Assembly: GCA_949288035.1 (NCBI GenBank)
Contig: CASEIJ010000022.1
Coordinates: 23 to 64,022, forward strand
DNA: 64,000 nt
Direction of reading: 5' to 3'
From: an uncultured Mycoplasmatota bacterium
GTDB lineage: Bacteria > Bacillota_I > Bacilli_A > RF39 > UBA660
Below the pieces are notes generated by a model that made no database searches, was not told where the DNA came from, and worked only from the letters and a program-made list of their open reading frames with translations. The translations under genes were made by a program, and so were the position numbers. This document shows positions 38,758-49,027 of this stretch, piece by piece; position 1 is the first letter of the stretch, and every line of letters starts with the position of its first letter.

Positions 38758-40340
38758 TGGATTTTGTTTCATATATGATAAATAACTATGATCAAATTAT
38801 TTCTCTTTTAATTGAACATATTGAATTAACTGTAATTGCTGTAGGACTTGCTATATTAATTGGTATACCAATTGGGATTTTAATTAGTTATGTTAAAAAG
38901 TTAAATAAACCAATTTTAGGAGTTGCTAGTGTCATTCAAGCAATTCCTAGTATGGCTTTACTTGGATTTGCAATTCCATTTTTAGGAATAGGTACATTAC
39001 CAGCAATTGTAATGGTTGTTTTATATTCATTATTACCAATTATTAAAAATACTTATACAGGTGTAAATAGTATTGATAAAAACATGATTGAAGCTGCAGA
39101 GGGAATTGGTCTTACGAAGTGGCAAATACTTTATAAAGTACAAATTCCGCTAGCTCTTCCTGTTATTATGGCAGGTATTCGTATTTCTGCAGTGACAGCA
39201 GTTGGACTTATGACAATGGCAGCATTTATTGGAGGAGGAGGACTTGGATTTTTAGTATTCTCAGGTATTCGTACGGTGAATAATGCACAAATATTAGCAG
39301 GAGCAATCCCTGCTTGTTTACTAGCACTTTTTGTCGATTATATTTTTGGTATTATTGAAAAATTAGTAACACCAATTAGTTTACAAAAAGAACAAGGATA
39401 TTCTAAGAAAGTACTGAAAAAGAAAAGATTCCATCAAAAAGTGATTTTAATGATTACGGCCATTTTATTAATATTTATTTTTATTGTTACAAACATGATG
39501 AACCAAAAGAGTAGTGAATCTATCACGGTAGGAAGTAAAGATTTTACTGAACAAAATATTTTGTGTCATATGGTATCTGATGTAATTGAAGATAATACAG
39601 ATATTGATGTAAATCGCAGTTGTAATTTAGGTGGAACTCAAATTTGTTTTGGAGCATTACAAAAAGGAAATATTGATTTATATATCGATTATACTGGTAC
39701 CGTTTATGGAGATACGTTGAAATATACTCCAATTAGCGATATTGATAAAGTATACAAGACTGTAAAGAAAGATATGAAAAATAAATATCAGATTGCTGTA
39801 TTAGATCAAATGGGATTTAATAATACTTATGCTCTAGCAGTTCGTAGTGAAACAGCCAATCAATATCAACTACGTACTATGAGTGATTTAGCTCGTATTT
39901 CTAATCAGTTAATTATTTCCCCAAGTTTGGAATTTATTAATCGTCAAGATGGTTTAGTAGGAGCAACAAATGTATATCACTTTCAGTTTAAAGATACGAT
40001 TGGAATAGATGGTAGTCCTCGTTATACAGCACTTGCGAATCATGAAAGTGATGTGATTGACGCTTTCTCAACAGATGGATTATTAAAGAAGTTCCAATTA
40101 ACTGTATTAGAAGATGACAAACATTTCTTTCCACCATACTATGCGATTCCAATGGTAAGAGAGGATACATTAGAAAAATACCCAGAAATTGAAGAAATAT
40201 TAAATAAACTTGGAACACAGTTAAGTAATGATATTATGAGTGAATTAAATTATCAAGTAGATGAACTTGGTAAAAACCCAGAAGATGTTGCACAGGAATT
40301 TTTAGAAACATTACCAAATAATTATTTTTCAACCAAATAA
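38757..40340 (+). CDS. Fused osmoprotectant ABC permease / substrate-binding protein
   Basis: N-terminal BPD-type permease (EAAEGIGLTKWQILYKVQIPLALP). C-terminal glycine-betaine-binding-like domain after an extra TM. Confidence 0.8.
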   Translation: MDFVSYMINNYDQIISLLIEHIELTVIAVGLAILIGIPIGILISYVKKLNKPILGVASVIQAIPSMALLGFAIPFLGIGTLPAIVMVVLYSLLPIIKNTYTGVNSIDKNMIEAAEGIGLTKWQILYKVQIPLALPVIMAGIRISAVTAVGLMTMAAFIGGGGLGFLVFSGIRTVNNAQILAGAIPACLLALFVDYIFGIIEKLVTPISLQKEQGYSKKVLKKKRFHQKVILMITAILLIFIFIVTNMMNQKSSESITVGSKDFTEQNILCHMVSDVIEDNTDIDVNRSCNLGGTQICFGALQKGNIDLYIDYTGTVYGDTLKYTPISDIDKVYKTVKKDMKNKYQIAVLDQMGFNNTYALAVRSETANQYQLRTMSDLARISNQLIISPSLEFINRQDGLVGATNVYHFQFKDTIGIDGSPRYTALANHESDVIDAFSTDGLLKKFQLTVLEDDKHFFPPYYAIPMVREDTLEKYPEIEEILNKLGTQLSNDIMSELNYQVDELGKNPEDVAQEFLETLPNNYFSTK

Positions 40341-40368
40341 AAAATCTTTAGTTGCTAAAGATTTTTTT
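40340..40368. terminator. Bidirectional hairpin between opu and mscL
   Basis: aaaaatctttag-ttg-ctaaagattttt, with an A-run and T-run on the two sides. Confidence 0.6.
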
Positions 40369-40777
40369 CTTTTAATAAATCACGTATTTCTTCTAGTAAT
40401 AAAATTTGCTCATCTTTCTTTTTCTTTTCTTCTTTTTCTTGTTTGTGTGTGATTCTAGATATGATTTTAATAAAAATAAAGATACAAGAAGCTACAATTA
40501 GAAAGTCAATGACATTTTGTAAAAACATACCATATTGAATGGTTGCATCTCCAATTTTAATATGAAGTGAAGAAAAATTTAACCCTCCAATTAAAATACC
40601 GATGATTGGTGTTAAAATGTCGTTGACCATAGATGTAACAATTTTTCCAAAAGCAGATCCAATAATGACACCAACTGCAAGGTCTATTACGTTTCCTTTA
40701 GAGATGAATTGTTTAAATTCTTTTAAAGTTGAGTTTCCTTTCTTTACTAGTTCTTTTTTATTCGCCTTCTTTTTCAC
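40355..40777 (-). CDS. mscL: Large-conductance mechanosensitive channel
   Basis: [44 protein letters not shown] start at 40777 follows GAGGTGAT. The ORF-track start at 40840 lacks an RBS. Confidence 0.85.
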   Translation of the reverse strand: MKKKANKKELVKKGNSTLKEFKQFISKGNVIDLAVGVIIGSAFGKIVTSMVNDILTPIIGILIGGLNFSSLHIKIGDATIQYGMFLQNVIDFLIVASCIFIFIKIISRITHKQEKEEKKKKDEQILLLEEIRDLLKEKNL

Positions 40778-41088
40778 TTTTATCACCTCAATAATAGTAG
40801 AATAACATAACGATTTAGAAAACACAATGATATTTACCATGATTTTTTATTGAAAATCGGATGTGAGTGGTATACAAATATGCGTTTTTTTTAAGCTATC
40901 ATTATAAGAATTTGAAATCAAATAATGCGATAATAATAACATTGTATTTTGTTGAAATATATAATGAGTTCTAAAAAATAAATACGGTTGATGAATTATA
41001 AAATAGAAAACTTGTAAAAAAATTTATTTTTTTTTATCTGGCATGCAGGAATTTATGGTAAGAATCTATAAAGATATAAATAGAGGAG

Positions 41089-41877
41089 GTGGTCAATATA
41101 ATCGATTATAAAGTCGATGGATTTCAAAATGAAAGAAATTTCACACAAGAATTAGATGGTAAACGTGTTAGACAGTTAAAACCATTGTATTATCAAATGA
41201 TTGTACAGTTATATGGAAAAGTGTGTGGTTTAAAGAAAGTACATGCTTGGGTGGATGATAGAAAAAAGAAATATGATATGATTATTAAAATAGGAAAAGT
41301 AGAGAAAAAGATTAGTATAAAAAAAGGAATTAACAATTCTATGCACGTGGAAGGAATTTCTACTTTTATTCATTTTTTAATTGAAATGAAAATCGGGAGA
41401 GAGCATGTAATGACTTATTTGAAATATCATTATGCAGATGGAACAACAAATGGCAAAGGTGAATATCGTATATCCGTACAAGAATACAAATTATTACATC
41501 AAGAAGAAATTAATCAGTTAAATACTTGTTTAAATCATCCATTTGTATTAAGACAGGCAATTAATCGCTTTGTATTAATGGGAAGAAATTCTGAAGAAAA
41601 AATTGATGGTATTATTTATGGAGTCGTCAATGATTTTATATTTATATCTGCTCAAGATATTATTCGAGTCATAGAATCAAAAAAAGATATTTCGATGACA
41701 GGCGTACATTTTGGACCATTGTGTTGTCAACCTATGACACGAAATTTAAATTATAATCCTCTTTATGAGAAAAAACGTTTTTGTGTGCAGATTAAATGGT
41801 ATGATATTTATGAAGATATTGTCGATTATAGGCGGAAGAAAGAGCAAAGTAAGTACGAACAAAATAAGAGGATTTAA
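41089..41877 (+). CDS. PD-(D/E)xK-like nuclease, possibly an MspI/HinP1I-family type II restriction endonuclease homologue; no adjacent methyltransferase
   Basis: VDGFQNERNF near the N-terminus. Candidate catalytic segment YDMIIKIGKVEKKISIKKG (D63...E72xK74 / S76xK78). C-terminal ...FCVQIKW. From memory it resembles HinP1I/MspI; this is not verified. The GTG start directly abuts GGAGG, so the start is uncertain. Confidence 0.4.
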   Translation: MVNIIDYKVDGFQNERNFTQELDGKRVRQLKPLYYQMIVQLYGKVCGLKKVHAWVDDRKKKYDMIIKIGKVEKKISIKKGINNSMHVEGISTFIHFLIEMKIGREHVMTYLKYHYADGTTNGKGEYRISVQEYKLLHQEEINQLNTCLNHPFVLRQAINRFVLMGRNSEEKIDGIIYGVVNDFIFISAQDIIRVIESKKDISMTGVHFGPLCCQPMTRNLNYNPLYEKKRFCVQIKWYDIYEDIVDYRRKKEQSKYEQNKRI

Positions 41878-41938
41878 TTCTTTTGCTAGGAGTTTGGAAG
41901 GTTTTGCTAAAGTTCTACCATTTTTTTTAAAGAAAGGC

Positions 41939-41966
41939 TTGACATTTTTTTAAAATCACGTATAAT
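41939..41966 (+). promoter_or_regulatory. Promoter of tRNA-Gly(UCC)
   Basis: TTGACA (41939-41944), 16 nt, TATAAT (41961-41966). About 20 nt upstream of the tRNA 5' end. Confidence 0.55.
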
Positions 41967-41985
41967 TAAAAGTGCCTACTGAAAT

Positions 41986-42059
41986 GCGGATGTAGTTTAA
42001 TGGTAGAACTTCAGCCTTCCAAGCTGACTACGTGAGTTCGATTCTCATCATCCGCTCCA
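41986..42059 (+). tRNA. tRNA-Gly(UCC)
   Basis: GCGGATG acceptor, TCAGC-CTTCCAA-GCTGA anticodon arm, GTTCGATTC T-loop, CATCCGC-T-CCA 3' end. Confidence 0.9.
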
Positions 42060-42070
42060 TAGGTTATAAC

Positions 42071-42098
42071 AAGAGATATGAGTTATCTCTTTTTTTTG
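42071..42098 (+). terminator. Intrinsic terminator after tRNA-Gly
   Basis: aagagata-tgagt-tatctctt followed by TTTTTTT. Confidence 0.65.
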
Positions 42099-42287
42099 TA
42101 TCTTTCCCTCACGTAGTCTGCTTGGAATCCAAAACTCTTTTGGAAAACCTGCAGCAAACATAGTTTATAAATAGAAAAGATAAAAATGTCAAGTAAACAA
42201 TCTTAAATTAAAAAAAATGTTTATTGTTTACATAATTTGATATAATAGATATATAGGAGCATACTAAGAATAGGAAGGTGTTGAGCT

Positions 42288-42650
42288 ATGAGATATATCA
42301 TGAATATGAATAGCTCTGGTTTTGACAAAATCAAACGCGGTGTAAAAACGCATGGTTACCGTTTATATGATCGCGTTGGTAGACATTTAAAAATCGGAGA
42401 TGAAATTTTAATTCGTTTAGAACCAGAATTAAAAGAATGTGTATTAGTAGAGATAGTAGGCGTAGCTCGTTATAAAACATTCTATGATATGTATATTGAT
42501 TTTTTTGATGTTGATTTTAAATATCGTTATCGATCTGTGAATGATATCTTAAAAGAAACATTTCATCACTGGTATACAGAAAAAGAAGAAAAAAAATATG
42601 GAGCAATGGCATTTAAATTTGTGGTTACAAAAACATTTTCAAAACTGTAA
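42288..42650 (+). CDS. Small ASCH-like domain protein
   Basis: FDKIKRGVKTHGYRLYD...IGDEILI is reminiscent of the ASCH/PUA-like fold. RBS GGAAGGTG. Confidence 0.4.
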   Translation: MRYIMNMNSSGFDKIKRGVKTHGYRLYDRVGRHLKIGDEILIRLEPELKECVLVEIVGVARYKTFYDMYIDFFDVDFKYRYRSVNDILKETFHHWYTEKEEKKYGAMAFKFVVTKTFSKL

Positions 42651-42671
42651 AACCATTTTACAGTTTTTTTT
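42645..42671 (+). terminator. Intrinsic terminator
   Basis: ctgtaaaa-cca-ttttacag followed by TTTTTTTT. Confidence 0.7.
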
Positions 42672-42747
42672 GTGATATCTTGTATCCTATTAAAAAAACA
42701 TGATATACTGAATATGTAAATACAAAATAAGAAAGAAGGAATGATGA

Positions 42748-43506
42748 ATGTTTCAATTAAAAGGTAGAGTAGCTGTTATTACAGGGGCATCTAGTGGACT
42801 TGGAAAACAAATGGCAAAAGGATTTGCAAGTCAAGGTGCTGATTTAGTAATTATGGCAAGACGTTTAGAAAGATTAGAAGAATTAAAGAGTGAATTAGAA
42901 CAACTAGGCGTTCGTTGTTTACCAGTTAAGTGTGATGTAACAAATCCTAGTGATATTAAAAATGCAGCATTAGAAGCAGAGAGAGTTTTTGGAAAAGTAG
43001 ATATTTTAGTGAATTGTGCAGGATCTGCAAAAAATAATGGTGTGTTAAATATGACAGATGAAGAATGGAAATTTACAATCGATACAGATTTAAATAGTGT
43101 ATTCTATGTAACACGTGAGTTTGCGAATATTATGAAAAAGAACAATTATGGAAGAATTATCAATATTGCTTCTATGTATGGAATGGTTGGTAATATGGCA
43201 ATGGATACCGTTGCATACCATTCATCTAAGGGTGGAGTCATTAATTTTACAAGAGCAGTAGCTGCAGAACTTGCGAAATATAACATTACATGTAATGCTA
43301 TTTGTCCAGGGTATTTTGATACAGAATTAACTCATGAGACATTAATTACAGAGTCATTTACGAATTATATGAAAGCGACAGTTCCAGTTGGAAGATATGG
43401 ACATGAAGGAGAATTAAATGCTGGTGCGATCTTTTTGGCAAGTGATGAAGCAAGTTATGTTACTGGTGTAATTCTTCCCATTGATGGTGGATATACTGCT
43501 GTATAA
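42748..43506 (+). CDS. SDR-family oxidoreductase
   Basis: VITGASSGLGKQMA (TGxxxGxG), NCAG, YHSSKGGV (YxxxK). Confidence 0.85.
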   Translation: MFQLKGRVAVITGASSGLGKQMAKGFASQGADLVIMARRLERLEELKSELEQLGVRCLPVKCDVTNPSDIKNAALEAERVFGKVDILVNCAGSAKNNGVLNMTDEEWKFTIDTDLNSVFYVTREFANIMKKNNYGRIINIASMYGMVGNMAMDTVAYHSSKGGVINFTRAVAAELAKYNITCNAICPGYFDTELTHETLITESFTNYMKATVPVGRYGHEGELNAGAIFLASDEASYVTGVILPIDGGYTAV

Positions 43507-43554
43507 GACCTTTTATGGTCTTTTTGTTTTTGATATAATAAATATGGTGATATT

Positions 43555-44250
43555 ATGGATCAAGAGAAAATAGGAAAATTGATACGCGATATTCGGAAAA
43601 AAAATAAAATGAGTCAACAACAGTTTGCCAAAAAATATGGTGTCACATATCAAGCTGTTAGTAAATGGGAGAATGGGAAAAATATACCAGATATTGCCAT
43701 TTTAAAACAGATTTGTGAAGACTATCACATAGATTTAAACGACTTATTAGATGCGAAACAAACTAGGAAAAGACATAATAAAAAATGGATGATAGGAAGT
43801 AGTATTATAATTCTTGGTCTTTTTTTGATATTATTGATTTTTCTATTTACAAGACAAGATGGCTTCGAATTTAAGAAATTAACAGCTTCTTGTGATGATT
43901 TTACTCTTTATGGGAGCATTGCTTATACAGAGAGTAAATCATCGATTTATATTACGAATATCTCTTATTGTGGGGAAGAAAATAAACAGAAATATCAAGA
44001 TTTATTATGCATTTTATATGAAGAAGATGGAAAATCTAAAACAGAAATTAGTCGGTATCACTATCAGGAATCAGAACCAATTACAATAGAAAAGTTTGCA
44101 AGTATGATTGAGTTACATGTTGATCACTATGAAAATACTTGTGACATAGGAAAAGAAAATAGTCTTCATTTAGAAATAGAAGCAACGGATTTGGATGGGA
44201 AGATTACAACGTATAAAATTCCATTAACACTATCTGATCATTGTAATTAG
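43555..44250 (+). CDS. XRE-family HTH protein with TM anchor and extracytoplasmic domain
   Basis: IGKLIRDIRKKNKMSQQQFAKKYGVTYQAVSKWENGKNIPD, then TM WMIGSSIIILGLFLILLIFLF. Confidence 0.65.
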   Translation: MDQEKIGKLIRDIRKKNKMSQQQFAKKYGVTYQAVSKWENGKNIPDIAILKQICEDYHIDLNDLLDAKQTRKRHNKKWMIGSSIIILGLFLILLIFLFTRQDGFEFKKLTASCDDFTLYGSIAYTESKSSIYITNISYCGEENKQKYQDLLCILYEEDGKSKTEISRYHYQESEPITIEKFASMIELHVDHYENTCDIGKENSLHLEIEATDLDGKITTYKIPLTLSDHCN

Positions 44251-44251
44251 G

Positions 44252-44278
44252 CACTCAACTTTAGGTTGAGTGTTTTTT
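44252..44278 (+). terminator. Intrinsic terminator
   Basis: cactcaac-tttag-gttgagtg followed by TTTTTT. Confidence 0.7.
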
Positions 44279-44339
44279 CAACTTTGTCTTGATTGTATTT
44301 TCAAGTAATATTTTTTACAATGAGGATGAGGTGATATTT

Positions 44340-46310
44340 GTGAAAAAGAATAGAAAGAATATTATTAAAATTGTTATTTCTGTTTTGGTATTATTCATGA
44401 TTTTATTATTGATCGTACTTATGTATTACAATCATAAAAATACAAGTACCAAAACAGTAGATGAAAAGGAACTGATGGTATTTGAACAAGCTAAGAAAGA
44501 AAAAGAATTTCAAACAGAAGGGCATACATTAGAAGATGCAAATGTTATATTAAATCCTTATGGAAATTCTCCTTTAACTGCTCTTATTTTATTTGAAACA
44601 AAAGAAAAAGTGAGTCCTACAGTAAAAATTGTAGGAAAAGATGAATTATCGACGTTTGAGCATACTTTTGAAGATACTACAAAGCATTACTTACCAATTT
44701 ATGGACTTTATCCTGATACAGAAAATGAAGTAATTATTTCATTTGAAGAAAATGGGATACAACAAGAAAAAACATTTCATATTCAAACAGAATCATTACC
44801 AGATGATTTCATATTACCAACTGAAGTAACGGCAGATAAAGAAAAATTATCCAATGATCTATATTTTTATACTCCATCATCATCTGGATATACTTGTGCT
44901 TATGACGTAAATGGGGATGTTCGTTGGTATTTCACGAATTACGCATTGTGGAAAATAGATCGTTTAAAAAATGGGCATCTACTAGTTAGTACAGAGCGTT
45001 TAGTGAATAGTCCATATTATATGACAGGATTATATGAAATGGATTTATTAGGAAAAATTTATACTGAATTTTCACTTCCAGGAGGTTATCATCATGATTA
45101 TTATGAAATGGAAAATGGAAACTTACTGATCGCGAGTGATGATTTTGAAAGTGGAACAGTAGAAGATTATATCGTTGAATTAGATAGAAATACTGGAAAA
45201 ATAGTAAAAGAGTATCATTTAAATCAAATTTTAAATATGGAAGATGGGAAAAGTGAAAATTGGATTAGTTATGATTGGTTTCATAATAATTCAGTTTGGT
45301 ATGATAAAAAGACCAATTCTATTACTTTATCCGGTAGACATCAAGATGCTGTCATTAATATTGATTACGATAGTGGTAAGTTAAATTGGATTATTGGGGA
45401 TTCTACAAATTGGAGTGAGGAATATCAAAAGTATTTCTTTAAGCCGATTGGCGATGATTTTGAATGGCAATGGAGTCAACATGCTGCAATGATTACTCCA
45501 GAAGGGTATGTCTTTATCCTAGATAATGGAAATAATAAATCAAAAATAAAAGATGAGTATGTAGATGCTTCTGATAGTTATACAAGAGGTGTTATGTATA
45601 AAATTAATACCGAAGATATGACGATTGAGCAAGTATGGGAATATGGAAAAGATAGAGGAAGTGATTTTTATTCTCCATATATTTCTGATGTTGATTATAT
45701 AGAAGAAAATCATTATATTGTTCACTCTGGTGGCATTGTTTATGTAGATGGAGAGAACTCTAATCAGCCCGCTGGATTTAGTAAAAATGCTGAATTGAAA
45801 TCTGATACAGTGGAATTAATGAATGATGATGTAGTTTTTGAACTCGTGTTGCCAACCAATAATTATCGTGTAGAAAAAATGAGTCTATATACAGATAATG
45901 AAAAGTTTGAGATAGGGGAAGCTAAGAGAATTGGAACTTTAGGAAAAACAGAAGTAACAAAAGAAAAATGGACTCCTCTTTTGGCAACTAAAAAGATAGA
46001 TGATGGATATCAAAAACATAATATATCTATCATCGATGAGCAAGATCGTTTGGTTGTAAAAGGGCAGTTTAAAAGAACAGATGATGTGAATATTGTTTTA
46101 TATCAAAATATGAAATCCAAGTATTATCACGTTACAGTAAGTAAGAAACCTTATACTGCTCTTTGTGTTGATGTCTTTACAGAAGAAGAAACAAAAAATG
46201 GTATTTCTGTCACAAAATACATCAATCAAGAGGGATTATCAGGTAAATATTCTATTTATATAGTGATTAATGGAATATTATATAATACAAAAAAGTATGT
46301 ACAATTTTAA
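44340..46310 (+). CDS. Aryl-sulfate sulfotransferase (ASST) family protein, membrane-anchored
   Basis: NPYGNSPLTALILFET N-domain motif, DWFHNNS and WQWSQHAA beta-propeller motifs. GTG at 44340 follows GAGGTGAT. Confidence 0.6.
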   Translation: MKKNRKNIIKIVISVLVLFMILLLIVLMYYNHKNTSTKTVDEKELMVFEQAKKEKEFQTEGHTLEDANVILNPYGNSPLTALILFETKEKVSPTVKIVGKDELSTFEHTFEDTTKHYLPIYGLYPDTENEVIISFEENGIQQEKTFHIQTESLPDDFILPTEVTADKEKLSNDLYFYTPSSSGYTCAYDVNGDVRWYFTNYALWKIDRLKNGHLLVSTERLVNSPYYMTGLYEMDLLGKIYTEFSLPGGYHHDYYEMENGNLLIASDDFESGTVEDYIVELDRNTGKIVKEYHLNQILNMEDGKSENWISYDWFHNNSVWYDKKTNSITLSGRHQDAVINIDYDSGKLNWIIGDSTNWSEEYQKYFFKPIGDDFEWQWSQHAAMITPEGYVFILDNGNNKSKIKDEYVDASDSYTRGVMYKINTEDMTIEQVWEYGKDRGSDFYSPYISDVDYIEENHYIVHSGGIVYVDGENSNQPAGFSKNAELKSDTVELMNDDVVFELVLPTNNYRVEKMSLYTDNEKFEIGEAKRIGTLGKTEVTKEKWTPLLATKKIDDGYQKHNISIIDEQDRLVVKGQFKRTDDVNIVLYQNMKSKYYHVTVSKKPYTALCVDVFTEEETKNGISVTKYINQEGLSGKYSIYIVINGILYNTKKYVQF

Positions 46311-46312
46311 AG

Positions 46313-46341
46313 AGTTTATGTGAACGCATAAACTTTTTTTG
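46313..46341 (+). terminator. Intrinsic terminator
   Basis: agtttatg-tgaacg-cataaact followed by TTTTTTT. Confidence 0.7.
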
Positions 46342-46427
46342 AGTAGTAATATGACATAAAAGTGATATGATTTTTTCTTTCTTTATAGTATAATAAATTT
46401 ATGTAAATAGATAGAAATGAGGCATAT

Positions 46428-46907
46428 ATGATTAAAATTTTATTTATTTGTTTGGGAAATATATGTAGATCTCCTATGGCAGAATTTGTTATGAAAGATA
46501 TTGTTAAAAAGAGAGGGTTAGAGGACTATTTTTTAATATCTTCTGCAGCCACAAGTGATTATAATGAAAAGTATCAATGTCATATTTATCCAGAAGTAAA
46601 AGAAATTTTAAAAGAAAACAAAATACCATTTACAGATCGTATATCTAGGCATATGAGAATAGAGGATTATGATGAATATGATTATATGATTGGAATGGAT
46701 GAAGAAAATATAAGAGATATTCTAGATATGATCGGTACTGATTCAGAACAAAAAGTATATCGTTTACTAGATTTTACAGAAACTCCGAGAGATGTGATTG
46801 ATCCTTGGTATTATGGTAATTTTGATAAGACATATGAAGATATAAAATACGGATGTGAGAAATTATTAGAATTTATTTTGAATTCAAATCAATCAATGGT
46901 AAAATAG
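46428..46907 (+). CDS. Low-molecular-weight protein-tyrosine phosphatase
   Basis: ILFICLGNICRSPMAE (CX5R P-loop) and a DPWY-type Asp loop. Confidence 0.85.
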   Translation: MIKILFICLGNICRSPMAEFVMKDIVKKRGLEDYFLISSAATSDYNEKYQCHIYPEVKEILKENKIPFTDRISRHMRIEDYDEYDYMIGMDEENIRDILDMIGTDSEQKVYRLLDFTETPRDVIDPWYYGNFDKTYEDIKYGCEKLLEFILNSNQSMVK

Positions 46908-46923
46908 TATATGGAGGTAATTT

Positions 46924-47823
46924 ATGAGTTATATAATTAATGGAATTAGGGGATTTTGTATGGCACTTGCGGATAGTGTTCCAGGAGTATCAGGAGGAAC
47001 AATTGCTTTTATTTTAGGATTTTATGATAAATTTATCAATTCATTAGATGATTTAGCATTTGGAACTTTTGAAAAAAAGAAAAAAGCTTTATTCTTCTTA
47101 ATTAAATTAGGAATCGGATGGATGATTGGTATGATTTTAGCTGTTTTGGTACTGACTAATTTGTTTGAAAGTCATATCTATCAAGTTAGTTCTGTCTTTA
47201 TTGGTTTTATCTTATTTTCAATTCCTTTAATCGTCAAAGAAGAAAAAGAATCACTAAAGGGGAAATATCACAATTTAATTTTTACATTGATTGGAATTGC
47301 CATTGTTGCACTCATTACTTATTTTAATCCAATTTCAGGAGAATCACACGTAGTAGATATTTCAAAACTAAATGTAGGACTAGCTCTTTATATGTTTGTT
47401 GCTGCTATGGTATCTATTTCAGCTATGGTATTACCAGGTATTTCTGGTTCTACTTTGTTATTGATATTTGGATTATATATTCCAATTATTTCAGCAATTA
47501 AAGAGTTTTTACATTTCAATTTTAGCTATGTGCCAGCATTATTTGTATTTGGACTAGGAGTTCTTTTTGGAATTATATTAGTCATTCGTCTGATTAAAAT
47601 CGCATTAGAAAAATATAGAAGTCAATCGATTTATTGTATTTTAGGGCTTATGATTGGATCAATTTATGCAATTATTATGGGGCCAACGACATTAAATACA
47701 TCAACGGCTCCATTATCTATTTCAACATTTAGTATTTTATCTTTTATTTTAGGTGGAGCGATTATTTTGGGATTAGAAAAAGTAAAAGGGATCTTAGAAA
47801 AGAAACAAGCAAAAGAAGATTAA
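46924..47823 (+). CDS. DUF368-family integral membrane protein
   Basis: ADSVPGVSGGTIAFILG and VLPGISGSTLLLIFG are the duplicated DUF368 motifs. Confidence 0.65.
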   Translation: MSYIINGIRGFCMALADSVPGVSGGTIAFILGFYDKFINSLDDLAFGTFEKKKKALFFLIKLGIGWMIGMILAVLVLTNLFESHIYQVSSVFIGFILFSIPLIVKEEKESLKGKYHNLIFTLIGIAIVALITYFNPISGESHVVDISKLNVGLALYMFVAAMVSISAMVLPGISGSTLLLIFGLYIPIISAIKEFLHFNFSYVPALFVFGLGVLFGIILVIRLIKIALEKYRSQSIYCILGLMIGSIYAIIMGPTTLNTSTAPLSISTFSILSFILGGAIILGLEKVKGILEKKQAKED

Positions 47824-47855
47824 AAGCATTCACGAAAATAGCGAATGCTTTTTTA
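47822..47855 (+). terminator. Intrinsic terminator
   Basis: aaaagcattc-N11-gaatgctttt followed by a T-run. Confidence 0.6.
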
Positions 47856-47950
47856 AAATGGAGAATATCATTTTTTTAATGAGTAAGATGATAGAAACAA
47901 AATCCTGAAAGTTTGAATTTGGTTATGAAAGAAAAGAAGGTGAATCATTC

Positions 47951-49027
47951 ATGAGTTTATATTATGATCATGTACATGAGAAAATAAAAAAATATTTTGA
48001 AATTCTAGAGCCTAATTTTCCAGAATGGTTAAATGAATATATAAATACAAAAGAATTATTATCACAACAATATATTAGTGTTACTTGTGGTACTATATAC
48101 ACTGATTTGTTTAAAAGTGATTTTTTCTTTTCTAGTTTAGATCATTCTGTTGCAGTTGCTTTAATAGTTTGGCATTTTACACACGATAAAAAACAAACGT
48201 TATCTGGTTTATTTCACGATATAGCAACTCCTGTATTTAAGCATTGTGTAGATTTTCTAAATGGAGATTATATGATACAAGAATCTACAGAAGAATTAAC
48301 TACAGAAATAATTAAAAGTTCTAAAGAAATCATGATGCTATTAAAAAGAGATCATATAAAAGTTTCAGAAGTAGATAATTATCATTTGTATCCGATTGCT
48401 GATAATGATATGCCTAAATTATCTGCTGATAGATTAGAATACTCTCTATCTAATGCTTTATTTACATATAATTTATTAGAGGTTGAAAATATAAAAGAAA
48501 TATACAATGATATAGAAATTCAGACAAATGAACAAAATGAAAGTGAATTAGCTTTTAAAACTAAAAAAATAGCTAGAAATTTTGTAAAAGTTACAAGTAA
48601 ATTATCTATTATATATCGTGAAGATAGAACTAGATATTCTATGCAGTTGTTAGCGGATATTTTAAAAAGATTAAATAATGAAAATAAAATATCTAAAAGA
48701 GATTTATATGAATTAAAAGAAAGTGATGTCATTCGTATTATAGAAAATTCTAAATATAATCATATATTTTATATTTGGAAACATGCGAAGAAAGTAAAAA
48801 CATTGAAGAAAGTACCAAAAGATGTTTATTATGTGCATCATGGCGCAAAAGTTCGATATATCGATCCATTATGGAACGGAAAAAGAATTTCTAAATGCTG
48901 TAAGATTGCTCAAAAATTAATAGAAAGTAATTTAGCTTATGATATGAGTAATTATGTATATTTAGATTTTCAATTTCCTGTTTCTGATATTGAGTATAAG
49001 AAAAAAGAAACGGTTATTTCTGATTGA
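47951..49027 (+). CDS. HD-domain protein
   Basis: LDHSVAVALIVW...LSGLFHDIATP is an H...HD metal-binding motif. Confidence 0.6.
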   Translation: MSLYYDHVHEKIKKYFEILEPNFPEWLNEYINTKELLSQQYISVTCGTIYTDLFKSDFFFSSLDHSVAVALIVWHFTHDKKQTLSGLFHDIATPVFKHCVDFLNGDYMIQESTEELTTEIIKSSKEIMMLLKRDHIKVSEVDNYHLYPIADNDMPKLSADRLEYSLSNALFTYNLLEVENIKEIYNDIEIQTNEQNESELAFKTKKIARNFVKVTSKLSIIYREDRTRYSMQLLADILKRLNNENKISKRDLYELKESDVIRIIENSKYNHIFYIWKHAKKVKTLKKVPKDVYYVHHGAKVRYIDPLWNGKRISKCCKIAQKLIESNLAYDMSNYVYLDFQFPVSDIEYKKKETVISD

